A DNA stretch of 64,000 nt from Burkholderiales bacterium (GCA_019753155.1 JAIELG010000003.1:1524-65523), one strand, 5' to 3'; positions 28,157-38,579 are shown, counted from the stretch's first letter. A program made the numbers and translations. Notes: generated from the letters alone by a model not told the origin.

Positions 28157-30572
28157 CGCTCAGGGTACCCAGGATGAAGCTCAACGCGACATCCCGCAGG
28201 CTCAGGGTGGAAAACCCGAAAAGACCGTGGAAAAAAGGCAGATTCAACACCAGCAGGAGCGCAGCAACAGATCCGCCCAGCACCCACCACAACAGCGGGT
28301 TCGGTTTCTTCAGGCAGGAAATAACCGATTCTGTCCTGGAGCGGCTCACCAGGATCAGAGCAAGATCCGAGAATACCAGCGTGCTGAAGGCAATCGCTCT
28401 CGCATGAGTTTCGCCTCTATCGAGATTGGCGGCATACATTGCGAGAATGGCGGCAAGCACGACGCTTCCCTGCAACAGACTCAAGGCCATGGTCTTTCCA
28501 TCCAGCAGGGGAGCGCCGGTTTTTCTGGGCGGCTCCTTCATCAATGCCGTATCCGCAGCCTCGGCCTCGAATACCAGGGAGCATACGGGATCAATGATGA
28601 GTTGCAGAAAAGCGATATGCACGGGATAGAAAACCAGCGGCCAGCCCATGAAAACCGGGATCAGGGACAGGCCGGCAATGGGCACGTGAACGGCGAGACT
28701 GAAGGAAAACGCTTTCTTCAGGTTGGAATAAATTCTCCTGCCCAGCCTCACGGCATGCACGATCGAGGAGAAATCGTCATCGAGAAGAACGAGCGCGGCC
28801 GCCTCCCTTGCAACGTCCGTCCCCCGTCTGCCCATCGCCACGCCGATATGGGCCGCTTTGAGCGCCGGGGCATCGTTCACGCCGTCCCCGGTCATCGCGA
28901 CGATCTTCCCTGACCGCCTCAACGCATTCACGATCCTGAGCTTCTGCAAGGGCACGACCCTTGCGAAGATATCGATATTTCCGATGCGGCTGACGAATTC
29001 ATCCTCGTCCATGGCTTCGATCTCGGGGCCGCTGATCGTCTCGAGGTCAAGTCCGATCCGGCGCGCAATCGCGCGCGCGGTGAGCGGATTGTCGCCCGTT
29101 ATCATCACGACGCGGATTCCCGCTTCCCTGCATTCCCGCACTGCGGAAACCACGCCGGCCCTGACCGGATCCATAAGCCCCGCAAGGCCAGCGAGTTCGA
29201 ATTCGAAATCATGCTGTATCGCAGGCCACGATTCGCCCCGATAGCGCGCATGAGCAACCCCCAGGACGCGAAGCCCTCCGTCCGCCATCCTTGCCACCTC
29301 GTTCGACCAGAAAGCGAACTCATGCTCATCCAGATGACACAGATTGAATATCGCCTCGGGAGAGCCTTTTGCCGCCACGATATATTCGCCACCCTTCGAA
29401 GCCTTCCATACATGGGACATCGCCAGCATTTCAGGAGACAATGAATATTCGTGAACGAGTTCCCAATCAAAATGGAGGTGCTCGGTTTGCGCAAGAAACC
29501 GTCTCCCGAGATCATGGAAAGCCTTTTCCATCGGATCGAAGGGATCGATTTCGCTTGCGAGGATGCTGTATTCGAGAAGTTCGTGAAAGTCTTCCGGCAG
29601 GACATCCACCGAATTGATTTCCAGCGGCTCACCCCCGGCGCACAATTGTGCCACGGACATCCTGTTTTCGGTCAAAGTCCCGGTCTTGTCGACGCAAAGC
29701 ACGCTTGCCGACCCCAATGTTTCCACGGCATGCAGACGCCGCGTCAGGACATTGCTGCGCGCAATCCGCCAAGCGCCAAGCGCCAGAAAAACCGTGAGCA
29801 CGACAGGAAATTCTTCGGGCAGGATGGCCATCGCCATGGTGATCCCCGCAAGCAGGCCGTTCAGCCATTCTCCATGCATCATGGCGTAGGAAACGACAAG
29901 CAGGACAAAAAGGCATGCTGCCAAAATCGACAGGTTTTTGACAAGACGAGCGATTTCCTTCTGCAAAGGCGTTTTTTCCGATTCCACGGATTCGATTGCA
30001 AGCCCGATTCCGCCTATCTCGCTTTTCATGCCTGTGGCGAACACGCTTGCCATCCCCTTGCCCTGTGTCACCATCGTTCCGGAATACACGCGATCCTGAG
30101 GCATTTTCAGGACCGGGGCGGACTCCCCTGTAAGCAGAGATTCGTCGGCAGAAAAATCGTTGCACTCCAGTAGAACCGCATCGGCCGCAATGCGGTCACC
30201 TTCGGACAGGAGCAGGATATCGCCCGTCACCACCTCCCTGCCAGCAATCCTGCAGGCCTGCCCTTCCCGGATCACGTTCGCCCTCGGACTCGTCAAATCG
30301 TGCAGCGCTTCCAGCGCCCGCTCGGTCTTGTTTTCCTGGTAGACGGTGATGCCCATCACCACGAACACGAAAAAAAGGAGCGCGGCAGCCTCTCCCATAT
30401 CCCCGAGGACAAGATAGATGATCCCCGACAGAACCAGCAGCAGGAACATCGGCTCGAACAGGACATCGCGTGCAATGGCCCATAAATTCCGTTTCCCCTT
30501 GGGCGCAAGCTCGTTGAAGCCATCCTGCTTCAGCCTGATTCCCGCCTCTTCCCGGCTCAATCCATCGTGCAT
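28122..30572 (-). CDS. cation-transporting P-type ATPase (type II-like)
   Basis: Motifs are CVDKTGTLTEN, MITGDNPLTA, MTGDGVNDAPALK and TM4 PEEFPVV. Start set to the ATG at 30572 (MHDGLSREEAGIRL...), preceded by GGAGCGAAA. The track start at 30710 would run into the divergent MarR gene. Confidence 0.85.
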   Translation of the reverse strand: MHDGLSREEAGIRLKQDGFNELAPKGKRNLWAIARDVLFEPMFLLLVLSGIIYLVLGDMGEAAALLFFVFVVMGITVYQENKTERALEALHDLTSPRANVIREGQACRIAGREVVTGDILLLSEGDRIAADAVLLECNDFSADESLLTGESAPVLKMPQDRVYSGTMVTQGKGMASVFATGMKSEIGGIGLAIESVESEKTPLQKEIARLVKNLSILAACLFVLLVVSYAMMHGEWLNGLLAGITMAMAILPEEFPVVLTVFLALGAWRIARSNVLTRRLHAVETLGSASVLCVDKTGTLTENRMSVAQLCAGGEPLEINSVDVLPEDFHELLEYSILASEIDPFDPMEKAFHDLGRRFLAQTEHLHFDWELVHEYSLSPEMLAMSHVWKASKGGEYIVAAKGSPEAIFNLCHLDEHEFAFWSNEVARMADGGLRVLGVAHARYRGESWPAIQHDFEFELAGLAGLMDPVRAGVVSAVRECREAGIRVVMITGDNPLTARAIARRIGLDLETISGPEIEAMDEDEFVSRIGNIDIFARVVPLQKLRIVNALRRSGKIVAMTGDGVNDAPALKAAHIGVAMGRRGTDVAREAAALVLLDDDFSSIVHAVRLGRRIYSNLKKAFSFSLAVHVPIAGLSLIPVFMGWPLVFYPVHIAFLQLIIDPVCSLVFEAEAADTALMKEPPRKTGAPLLDGKTMALSLLQGSVVLAAILAMYAANLDRGETHARAIAFSTLVFSDLALILVSRSRTESVISCLKKPNPLLWWVLGGSVAALLLVLNLPFFHGLFGFSTLSLRDVALSFILGTLSVAWFEVFKGAH

Positions 30573-30607
30573 TTTCGCTCCTTTATAAAGAACTATAGCG
30601 CATGGCG

Positions 30608-30649
30608 TTGACAGGATAGTTTCAATCGTTATAATAAACCAATGAACTA
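30608..30649 (+). promoter_or_regulatory. sigma70 promoter with an overlapping imperfect inverted repeat (candidate MarR/EmrR operator)
   Basis: TTGACA (30608-30613), 16-nt spacer, TATAAT (30630-35). The repeat TAGTTTCAATCGTT (30617-30630) / AACCAATGAACTA (30637-30649) flanks the -10. Confidence 0.5.
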
Positions 30650-30663
30650 ATCCCCGGATCCCC

Positions 30664-31188
30664 ATGACTTCATCGTTCGAACCCTTCGAAAACAGGATAG
30701 AAGCATTCACCTGCCATCATCCCGATTCCCCCAAAAGGGAAATCATCCTGAGCCGGCTGTATTTCCATGTATTCAAGCTATTCAACGAAAGACAGAATCT
30801 CAATCTGGCCGAGTTCGGGCTCAACACTACAAGCTGGTTCGCGCTCATCATGATCTATTCGACCGGGGAAAATGCGATCAACCCGTGCAATTTGAGCCAT
30901 GCCATGGTTTCTTCCAGAACGAACATCACCCGCCTTTCCGACGAACTCGTGGAAAAAGGCTGGGTGGAACGCAATGCAAGCGGCGAGGACAGGAGGCGAA
31001 TCGTCCTCTCGCTGACGCAGCAGGGACGAACGCTTGTCGAAGCCGTCCTGCCGCAGCAGTGGAATTACTACAGGGAATTGTGGTCCGCTTTCGAGCCTGA
31101 TGAGCTCGAACAATTCGAATTCCTGCTGCGCAAGCTCCTCAAGCGTATCGACGCATCCCTGCCGGAGGGGGAGTCGTGTCCAGATTGA
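30664..31188 (+). CDS. MarR-family transcriptional regulator (EmrR-like)
   Basis: 174 aa with a winged-HTH region NPCNLSHAMVSSRTNITRLSDELVEKGWVERNASGEDRRRIVLSLTQQG. It is the first gene of the efflux operon. Confidence 0.85.
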   Translation: MTSSFEPFENRIEAFTCHHPDSPKREIILSRLYFHVFKLFNERQNLNLAEFGLNTTSWFALIMIYSTGENAINPCNLSHAMVSSRTNITRLSDELVEKGWVERNASGEDRRRIVLSLTQQGRTLVEAVLPQQWNYYRELWSAFEPDELEQFEFLLRKLLKRIDASLPEGESCPD

Positions 31189-32588
31189 AGATGACATTCA
31201 TGATCGCATCGTTATGCCTCTGCGGATGCGCGAATTTTTCCGGGATTCATTCCGAATCGAAGCCGGCTTCCATTGCCGCGACGAAATTCAGCGTGGATTC
31301 GAAATGGTGGACCATTTTCAAGGACGATCAGCTCGATGCCCTGATCGGAGAAGCGCTCGCCGATTCGCCGGACATCAACATAGCGCAAGCCCGCATCAGG
31401 CTGGCCAAAGGACAGGCGGCCCTCTCCGACGCAGCGCTTTCCCCCCGGATCGATGCAAATGGATCGGCTGTACGCCAGAAAATCAGTTCCAAAGGCTATT
31501 TCCCGCCTCCTCTGGGCGGAAGCACCCTGAACCTCGGCCAATTGACCCTGGATTTCGATTACGAGTTCGACTGGTGGGGCAAAAATCATGCGGCACTCAA
31601 TGCGGCGTTGAGCGAAGCGAAAACCAGTGAAGCCGAAGCCGCCGAAACACGCCTGATCCTGGGTACTGCGATTGCACGGAGTTATTTCAGACTCGAGGCC
31701 GATCTTGCAAAACTCGAAATACTGAAGCATATCCGGGACAGGCAGGAAGCGCTGCTTCGCCTTGTCAGGCTACGCGCGCAGAACGGGATCGAATCCGACT
31801 TCAGGGTAAGGCAAGGGGAAAGCACCGTGGCCGGCGCAAAACTCGATATTTTGAAAACGGAAGACGCCATAGCACAGGGAAGAAGCCGGATTGCCGCCCT
31901 GTTGGGCAAGCCGCCGGAAAGAGGGGACGCCATTACAGGCAGAGTCGCTCCCCCGCCGCCCATTCCGACCTCCATTGCCGCCGACCTCATCGGCATGCGC
32001 CCCGACATCCTGGCGCAGCGATCCAGGATAGAGGCTGCGTCAAGCCGCGTCGATATTGCAAAGGCCGAATTCTACCCGAACATCGATCTTGCGGCTTACG
32101 TGGGTGTGCAGAGCATAGGCTTTGGCAATCTTGTGAAAGGCGGCAGCGAAATCGCATCGATCGGCCCCGCCATCCACCTGCCCATATTCGGCGGCGGAAG
32201 ACTGAGATCGAACCTGGGTATGAAATACGCGGAATATGACATCGCCGTGGAACAATACAACAAGATGGTGATCGATGCGATGCGCGATGTCTCCCAGGCA
32301 GGGGTCGCGCTCAAATCGATCGTAAACGAAATTTCAGAGCAAAACAAAGTGACGGACGGACTTCTGGAAGCGCACAAAATCGCGCTGCTGCGCTACAGGG
32401 CGGGACTGGGCGACGAGTTATCCGTTCTCGAAACCGAAACCCCGCTCTTGTCCCAGAGAAACGTCAAAACCGAACTCGACGAACTGCGCCTGGAGGCTGT
32501 CACAACAATGATCCAATCATTGGGAGGCGTTCCCACGCTGGAAAGCGCTCCCACGCAGGGAAGCGCTCCCAATTCAAATCCGGGGTAA
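31176..32588 (+). CDS. efflux outer-membrane factor lipoprotein (NodT/OprM family)
   Basis: GTG start after GGAGGGGGAG. The signal MSRLKMTFMIASLCLCGC carries a lipobox-like Cys. WWTIFKDDQLDALI and the paired coiled repeats are typical of OMF proteins. Confidence 0.85.
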   Translation: MSRLKMTFMIASLCLCGCANFSGIHSESKPASIAATKFSVDSKWWTIFKDDQLDALIGEALADSPDINIAQARIRLAKGQAALSDAALSPRIDANGSAVRQKISSKGYFPPPLGGSTLNLGQLTLDFDYEFDWWGKNHAALNAALSEAKTSEAEAAETRLILGTAIARSYFRLEADLAKLEILKHIRDRQEALLRLVRLRAQNGIESDFRVRQGESTVAGAKLDILKTEDAIAQGRSRIAALLGKPPERGDAITGRVAPPPPIPTSIAADLIGMRPDILAQRSRIEAASSRVDIAKAEFYPNIDLAAYVGVQSIGFGNLVKGGSEIASIGPAIHLPIFGGGRLRSNLGMKYAEYDIAVEQYNKMVIDAMRDVSQAGVALKSIVNEISEQNKVTDGLLEAHKIALLRYRAGLGDELSVLETETPLLSQRNVKTELDELRLEAVTTMIQSLGGVPTLESAPTQGSAPNSNPG

Positions 32589-32591
32589 AAC

Positions 32592-33728
32592 ATGGAAGAC
32601 AACGGTACAAAACGCAAACATATGCTGCTCGGACTCGGCTCGCTGCTCCTCATCGCGGGAATAGCCTATTCGATCTACTGGTTCAGTCGCGGGCAATTTT
32701 TCCAGGCTACCGATGATGCTTACGTCTCGGGAAACCTGGTGCAACTGATGCCGCAGGTCTCGGGTAACGTGGTTTCCATCCATGCGCAAGACACTGAATT
32801 GGTAAAGGCGGGGCAAGTCCTCGTGAAACTGGACGGCACCGATGCAAAACTCGCGCTTCGAACTGCCGAAAACGACCTCGCCGAAACGGTACGCAGTGTC
32901 AAACAGCGCTTCGAAACCGCAAACGAGCTGCAAGCGACGGTCAATGAAAAACAGGTCGAACTCGACAAGGCGAAGGAAGACCTCATGCGCCGCCAGAAGC
33001 TGATTTCCGATCATGCGGTATCGAGCGAAGAATTGCAGCATGCGAAAGACAACGCCGTCATCGCGCAATCTTCTCTGGATTCTGCGAAACACAGGTTTGA
33101 AGCCGCCCGTTCCGCGGTCGCAAACACGACCCTCGACGCCCATCCATCCGTTCTCAAGGCGGAGGCCCGCCTCAGGGAGGCCTGGCTCGGCGTGCAGCGC
33201 ACCACTATCGAGGCCCCTACCACCGGCTATATCGCAAAACGCAGTGTCCAGATCGGACAGCACGTGAGTCCGGGATCATCCCTGATGGTCATCATCCCAC
33301 TGAACGAAATCTGGGTCGATGCAAATTTCAAGGAAGACCAGTTGCGGCATACCCGGATAGGGCAGTCCGTCATACTCACTTCCGACCTCTACGGCAGCAA
33401 GGTGGAGTTTCACGGCAAGGTGGCGGGGCTCGGAGCGGGAACCGGAAGCGTCTTCTCCCTCCTCCCGCCCCAGAATGCCACCGGCAACTGGATCAAGGTC
33501 ATTCAGCGGCTGCCTGTAAGAATAACGCTCGACGCCAATGAAATAGCACAGCATCCCTTGAGAATAGGACTTTCCATGGTGGCGACAGTCGATACCCATG
33601 ACGAAAGCGGGGGCATGCTCTCCGGAGGGCAGCACGAAGAACCCGTCTATTCGACCCCGGTATTCGATAAGAAAGACGACGCAGTCGAGCGCCTGATCGA
33701 AAAAATCCTGAGTGACAATGCGAAATGA
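32592..33728 (+). CDS. emrA: HlyD/EmrA-type membrane fusion protein
   Basis: Single N-terminal TM, TDDAYVSGNLVQLMPQVSGNV (lipoyl-like hairpin), a long coiled coil, and APTTGYIAKRSVQIGQHVSPG. Confidence 0.85.
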   Translation: MEDNGTKRKHMLLGLGSLLLIAGIAYSIYWFSRGQFFQATDDAYVSGNLVQLMPQVSGNVVSIHAQDTELVKAGQVLVKLDGTDAKLALRTAENDLAETVRSVKQRFETANELQATVNEKQVELDKAKEDLMRRQKLISDHAVSSEELQHAKDNAVIAQSSLDSAKHRFEAARSAVANTTLDAHPSVLKAEARLREAWLGVQRTTIEAPTTGYIAKRSVQIGQHVSPGSSLMVIIPLNEIWVDANFKEDQLRHTRIGQSVILTSDLYGSKVEFHGKVAGLGAGTGSVFSLLPPQNATGNWIKVIQRLPVRITLDANEIAQHPLRIGLSMVATVDTHDESGGMLSGGQHEEPVYSTPVFDKKDDAVERLIEKILSDNAK

Positions 33729-35254
33729 GCAAGGCTCCGATCCAGGGCGCGTCCCTCGCCCTGCTGACGCTCTCTCTCTCGCTTGCGACCTTCATGCAGG
33801 TGCTCGACACATCGATCGCCAACGTATCCATCCCCACCATCGCAGGGGATCTTGCCGTGAGTCCGAACCAGGGAACCTGGGTCATCACTTCGTTTGCAGT
33901 GAGCAACGCCATTGCGCTGCCGCTCTCCGGCTGGCTCGCCAAGCGTTTCGGGGAAGTACGGCTCTTCGTGGCAGCGACCCTGCTCTTCACCCTCGCCTCC
34001 ACGCTCTGCGGTCTTTCATCGAGCCTGCCCATGCTCGTCATATGCCGTATTTTACAGGGCGCGGTGGCCGGCCCCATGATCCCGCTTTCCCAGAGCCTGC
34101 TTCTGGCAAACTATCCCGATGAAAAAAAGGGGCTGGCCCTTGCGCTGTGGTCGATGACTGTCGTTCTCGCGCCCATTTTCGGCCCCATTCTCGGCGGCTA
34201 TATCACCGACAATTTCAGCTGGCCATGGATCTTCTACATCAATATCCCGGTGGGATTGATTTCAAGCTACATGACCTGGCAACTGCTGAAAAATCGTGAG
34301 ACCGAAACGGCCAAGCTGCCGATCGACACTGTCGGTCTGGCATTGCTCGTGATAGGCATAGGCAGCCTCCAGTTGCTCCTCGACAAGGGGAACGAGCTCG
34401 ATTGGTTCGGATCAAGCTTCATCGTGACCCTCGGCGTCCTGGCCACAGTCTGCCTTTCATTCTTCATCATATGGGAACTCACCGAGCGGCACCCGGTGGT
34501 CGATCTGTCGCTCTTTTCCGTGAGGAATTTCTCCGTGGGCACGCTTTCGATCAGCCTGGGCTACATGACTTTCTTCTCCGGAGTGGTGGTCTATCCGCTC
34601 TGGCTGCAGACCCAGATGGGTTATACCGCGACCTGGGCAGGCCTTTCCGCTGCGCCGATAGGCATACTCTCCGTCATTTTCTCGCCCCTGGTCGGCAAAA
34701 ACATGCACAGGATCGATCTGCGCATCCTGGCAAGCATAGGATTCCTCGTTTTCGCAGCGGTCAGCTTCTGGGCGGCATCTTTCAACACGAATGCAACATT
34801 CTGGCAACTCACCCTGCCCCGCTTTTTCCAGGGGATAGGCATGGCCTGCTTCTTTATTCCGCTGATGTCCATCCTGCTCTCCGGCCTGCCGCCCAACCGG
34901 GTTGCAAGCGCTTCGGGGCTTTCGAACTTCCTGCGCGTGCTGGGGGGCAGCTTCGGCACGTCCCTCAGCGTGGCGCTCTGGGACAGGCGAGAATCGCTCC
35001 ACCACAGCCAGCTCACGGAGCACATCTCGATTTCGGATCCGGTGACGAGCCATACGCTGGAGAGCCTGAATATGCTGGGCTTCTCCCATCTGCCCGCGCT
35101 TCAATTCCTGGAAAGGTCTGTCGACAACCAATCCTACATGCTTGCCGTCAACGACGTATTCCTTGTTTCCAGTTGGATATTCCTTGGATTGATGCTTTTC
35201 GTCTGGTTTGCCCGTCCGCCTTTCGCATCCGGGAAAGCCCATGGCGGGGAATGA
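33725..35254 (+). CDS. emrB: DHA2 (EmrB/QacA) 14-TM MFS drug exporter
   Basis: ATGA overlap with emrA. Contains LATFMQVLDTSIANVSIPTIAGDL and LSGWLAKRFGEVRLF, characteristic of the EmrB subfamily. 509 aa. Confidence 0.9.
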   Translation: MSKAPIQGASLALLTLSLSLATFMQVLDTSIANVSIPTIAGDLAVSPNQGTWVITSFAVSNAIALPLSGWLAKRFGEVRLFVAATLLFTLASTLCGLSSSLPMLVICRILQGAVAGPMIPLSQSLLLANYPDEKKGLALALWSMTVVLAPIFGPILGGYITDNFSWPWIFYINIPVGLISSYMTWQLLKNRETETAKLPIDTVGLALLVIGIGSLQLLLDKGNELDWFGSSFIVTLGVLATVCLSFFIIWELTERHPVVDLSLFSVRNFSVGTLSISLGYMTFFSGVVVYPLWLQTQMGYTATWAGLSAAPIGILSVIFSPLVGKNMHRIDLRILASIGFLVFAAVSFWAASFNTNATFWQLTLPRFFQGIGMACFFIPLMSILLSGLPPNRVASASGLSNFLRVLGGSFGTSLSVALWDRRESLHHSQLTEHISISDPVTSHTLESLNMLGFSHLPALQFLERSVDNQSYMLAVNDVFLVSSWIFLGLMLFVWFARPPFASGKAHGGE

Positions 35255-35274
35255 TTGATGCAGACCTGTTCGGA

Positions 35275-35838
35275 TCAGGGATGACTCGCAGCGCAGAAAT
35301 CCGAAATCTCGACGGCAAGTCTGGCTACGGCCCTGTTCGCAGCCAGCACCCCGCCGTAGGGATCGTTCTGTGGGCAATTCTCAAATATATCGAATTCGCG
35401 GGTGGTCATCACGCCCCGGCGATCCAGGATCTGGGCTCGCACCACGAGATGGACCCTGCTTGCGCTTTCTGAAAATTCCTGCCTCAGCATGACGATCTCG
35501 GAATCGAGCCGCATGTCGCCCCTGGCGGGGGATTTCACTACAGCCCTGAATCGTTGCGACAGGGTTCTCACCAGTATCGGAAGCAGCATCTTGCCGGGAG
35601 AGTCGACCCATTGATTTTTCGAAAAATATTCGATCTGATGCGGCTTCACCACATAAGCCATCCTGGACGTATCGTATCCCGGCAGCGCGCCTGGCTGGCC
35701 GACCGAAAGCGTCAAAGGCAGCTGATTTTGCGCAGGTTCGATACCGCCCGGCGCATCCAGGGAAAAGAGAGCGATCTGCGGGGAAGCGCAGGAAGCCAGC
35801 AAAAACGTCAACAGCAGCAATTTTGCATACATGGTCAT
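35275..35838 (-). CDS. ABC-transport auxiliary lipoprotein (DUF330/YmbA-like)
   Basis: Lipoprotein signal LLLTFLLASCAS. About 187 aa. It is the last gene of the MCE-type ABC operon and overlaps the MCE gene end by 4 nt. Confidence 0.7.
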   Translation of the reverse strand: MTMYAKLLLLTFLLASCASPQIALFSLDAPGGIEPAQNQLPLTLSVGQPGALPGYDTSRMAYVVKPHQIEYFSKNQWVDSPGKMLLPILVRTLSQRFRAVVKSPARGDMRLDSEIVMLRQEFSESASRVHLVVRAQILDRRGVMTTREFDIFENCPQNDPYGGVLAANRAVARLAVEISDFCAASHP

Positions 35839-36737
35839 TCTCCGGGTCCCGGGCGGCCTGCCGGCCTGCCGTAAACGAGCAGTGAAGGATTCTTTTCGAT
35901 CTCGTCGCTTACCCGCCTCAGGGAAGCGGATAGATCGTGCAATTCGGCAATCAGCGAGCGGAATTCGGGAACCGCTTCATCGACATGAACTATCGTACTT
36001 CGCGCAGCCGCGCTCGACATGGATGCATCTTTCGCCATGTTTTCGAATTCGTCGGCAGTTTTTTCGATTCGTTTAACCAGTTGCGGCAAAGCTTCGCTCA
36101 TCTTCTCGCTGTTCGCCAGCGCTTTCGATGCGTTTGCCAGCCCGGAATCGATCTCTTTCGAGCGCCCCGCCAGGGTATCGCTCAATTTGGCAAGATCCGA
36201 GAGGATACTGGAGAGATTTGCCCGGTTTTTTTCGGTCAAGGTGTCGTTCAGATTTTCGATCGATTTGTTGAGATTGGCAAGAAGCGGCGTGATCGACGTA
36301 TCGAGACGCGTCATGAGCGAAGGGGACGGTTTGATCACAGGATACTCCTCGCCTTTTTTTGCCCGCAGAACAGGCGCACTCACGCTCCCGCCGGACAACT
36401 CTATGGTCGCGATCCCGGTCAATCCCTGACTCCTCAGCATTGCTGCGGTATCTTCCCTGATGACGATCCCCCTTTCGATTTCGAGGAGCAGCCGGACAGC
36501 CTCGGGCTTGTCGGGCGCTATGGCAATATCCTTGACCCGACCGACCGACACCCCGCGGTACCGTACTGGCGCATTGAGGTTGAGTCCCGCAACCGATTCG
36601 TTCATGTAAACGATGTAAAGGTCGTAGGTTTTCCGGTACTCCGCGCCCGCACCGAGCCAGATCACCCCGGCAATCAGGGCAAAGCTGAACACCAGAACGA
36701 AAATCCCGACAATCGTGTAATTTACTTTTGTTTCCAT
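35835..36737 (-). CDS. MlaD/MCE-domain substrate-binding protein
   Basis: METKVNYTIVGIFVLV... followed by the MCE core APVRYRGVSVGRVKDI. The ATG at 36737 is preferred, since the track start at 36749 is a TTG. Confidence 0.8.
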   Translation of the reverse strand: METKVNYTIVGIFVLVFSFALIAGVIWLGAGAEYRKTYDLYIVYMNESVAGLNLNAPVRYRGVSVGRVKDIAIAPDKPEAVRLLLEIERGIVIREDTAAMLRSQGLTGIATIELSGGSVSAPVLRAKKGEEYPVIKPSPSLMTRLDTSITPLLANLNKSIENLNDTLTEKNRANLSSILSDLAKLSDTLAGRSKEIDSGLANASKALANSEKMSEALPQLVKRIEKTADEFENMAKDASMSSAAARSTIVHVDEAVPEFRSLIAELHDLSASLRRVSDEIEKNPSLLVYGRPAGRPGPGE

Positions 36738-37498
36738 GACTGCTCCCAAGCTGCCCTGCCCCTGGGTCCGTAAAAATATTCGCGGATCAGGGGATGACCG
36801 GATTTCGAAAGTTCATTCATGGTGCCCACCCCGAGCACATGCCCGTCCCCCAGAAAAGCCACCCTGTCCGCCACATGCCAGAGCAGATCCAGATCGTGAG
36901 TAACGATCACCATGGTAAGGTCGAGCGTATGCTTGAGATGTAGAACGAGTTCATCGAACCCGCTTGCGCTCAGGGGATCCAGCCCTGCAGTCGGCTCATC
37001 CAGGAAAAGGAGTTCGGGGTCGAGCGCGAGGGCTCGCGCAAGCGCCGCCCGCTTTCTCATCCCCCCCGAGAGTTCATCCGGGTATTTGAACCTCGCAGTC
37101 GGCGGAAGGCCTGCAAGCGCGATCTTGATGGAAGCGATCTCGTCGATCAAGCCCCCGCTCAAGCCGGTATGTTCCCTGAGCGGCAAGCCCACGTTTTCGA
37201 GAACATTGAGCGAGCTGAACAGGGCGCCCCGCTCGAACATCATCCCCCATCGCTTCCTGAAGAGAAGCGCCCCCTCGTCATCCAGTCCAACCAATTCCTT
37301 CCCGAAAACCCGTATCGATCCCGAACTGGATTTTTGCAGCAGGATGATTTCCCTGAGCAGGGTCGATTTTCCGCAACCACTGGCCCCTGCGATCGCAAAG
37401 ACTTCCCCCCGCAACACATCGAGATTGACATGGTCATGCACCACCGCATCGTTGAAACGCGTACACAGTTCGCTGATCTCGAGTATCGTTTCGCTCAC
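36722..37498 (-). CDS. ABC transporter ATP-binding protein (MlaF-like)
   Basis: Walker A GASGCGKST, signature LSGGMRKR and Walker B LLFLDEPTAGLD. The GTG start at 37498 forms a GTGA overlap with the permease stop. The longer track ORF is an upstream read-through. Confidence 0.85.
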   Translation of the reverse strand: MSETILEISELCTRFNDAVVHDHVNLDVLRGEVFAIAGASGCGKSTLLREIILLQKSSSGSIRVFGKELVGLDDEGALLFRKRWGMMFERGALFSSLNVLENVGLPLREHTGLSGGLIDEIASIKIALAGLPPTARFKYPDELSGGMRKRAALARALALDPELLFLDEPTAGLDPLSASGFDELVLHLKHTLDLTMVIVTHDLDLLWHVADRVAFLGDGHVLGVGTMNELSKSGHPLIREYFYGPRGRAAWEQSWKQK

Positions 37499-38577
37499 AA
37501 GTCTACCAGACTGAAAATAATGGAAAAAACGGCGTCTGCCACGATCACGATGAAGATGGACTGCACGACGCTTTTCGTCGTCTGACGCCCCACGCTGTCG
37601 GCGCCGCCCGAGACCTGGAAGCCCTGGAAACACCCCACCACGGCGATTATCGCGGCAAATACAGGCGCTTTCCCAATACCGACGAGAAATGCGGAAACCT
37701 TGATGGATGAACCGAAGCGGTCGATGAAATCAGTATAGTTCACGCCCAGATTGAACGAAGCCATCATCATTCCGCCAAGAACCCCCATGATATCGGCATA
37801 GACGGTCAACAACGGAAGCGCGATGAGCAGGGCCACTATTTTTGGCAAAACAAGCTGATCCATGGGAGAGATGCCTATCGTTCTCATGGCATCGATTTCC
37901 TCGGTCACTTTCATCGTACCGATCTGTGCGGTGAAGGCTGAACCCGAGCGCCCTGCGATGATGATTGCGGTGAGCAGCGGCCCCAGTTCACGCAGCATCG
38001 AAAGTCCGACGAGGTTGACGACGAAGATGCTTGCGCCATACCGGGTCAATTGCTCCGCCCCCTGGTAGGCGATCACGACCCCCATCAGGAAAGAGAGCAG
38101 ACCGGCAATAGGCAGCGCATCGAAGCCCGCATGCTGGAGATTGTGCCATATCGGCTTCCAGCGCACCCTTGCAGGATTCGCAGCCGAGCGCCCCATGGCG
38201 ACGGAGGCTTCCCCGATGAAGGAGAGCATCGCGTAAACCTGCGCCAGCCCCGTCCAACCAGCAAGCCCCAGTCTTTCGAGAAAATCCCTGGGCTCCGGCA
38301 TGGCTCTTTCAGCCACACCAAGAGCGGAAACCATCTCGATGAGCGCAACATGCTCCGGACGCAATCCTTCTATCTCGAGCGCCATGTTCTGGAAAGTTCT
38401 GTGGAACAGCCAGGCGCCGGCGGTATCCATCGATTCGATGCCGTGCGCGTCGATGCGCAGGATGCCTGCAAACGAAAGCTTCGCGAGTTCCCTTTCGAAA
38501 TCGGACAATCCCGCAAGACTCCATTTCCCTTTGAGCCGGATCTCCGCATCGACGATTTCGATTTTCGCGAAATTCAT
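37495..38577 (-). CDS. MlaE-family ABC permease with an N-terminal STAS-like extension
   Basis: The C-terminal ~250 aa match the MlaE pattern (LRELGPLLTAIIIAGRSGSAFTAQIGTMKVTEEIDAM). The N-terminal ~100 aa (IRLKGKWSLAGLSDFERELAKL...IDAHGIESMDTAG) look STAS/anti-sigma-antagonist-like. Confidence 0.8.
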   Translation of the reverse strand: MNFAKIEIVDAEIRLKGKWSLAGLSDFERELAKLSFAGILRIDAHGIESMDTAGAWLFHRTFQNMALEIEGLRPEHVALIEMVSALGVAERAMPEPRDFLERLGLAGWTGLAQVYAMLSFIGEASVAMGRSAANPARVRWKPIWHNLQHAGFDALPIAGLLSFLMGVVIAYQGAEQLTRYGASIFVVNLVGLSMLRELGPLLTAIIIAGRSGSAFTAQIGTMKVTEEIDAMRTIGISPMDQLVLPKIVALLIALPLLTVYADIMGVLGGMMMASFNLGVNYTDFIDRFGSSIKVSAFLVGIGKAPVFAAIIAVVGCFQGFQVSGGADSVGRQTTKSVVQSIFIVIVADAVFSIIFSLVDL

Positions 38578-38579
38578 CC

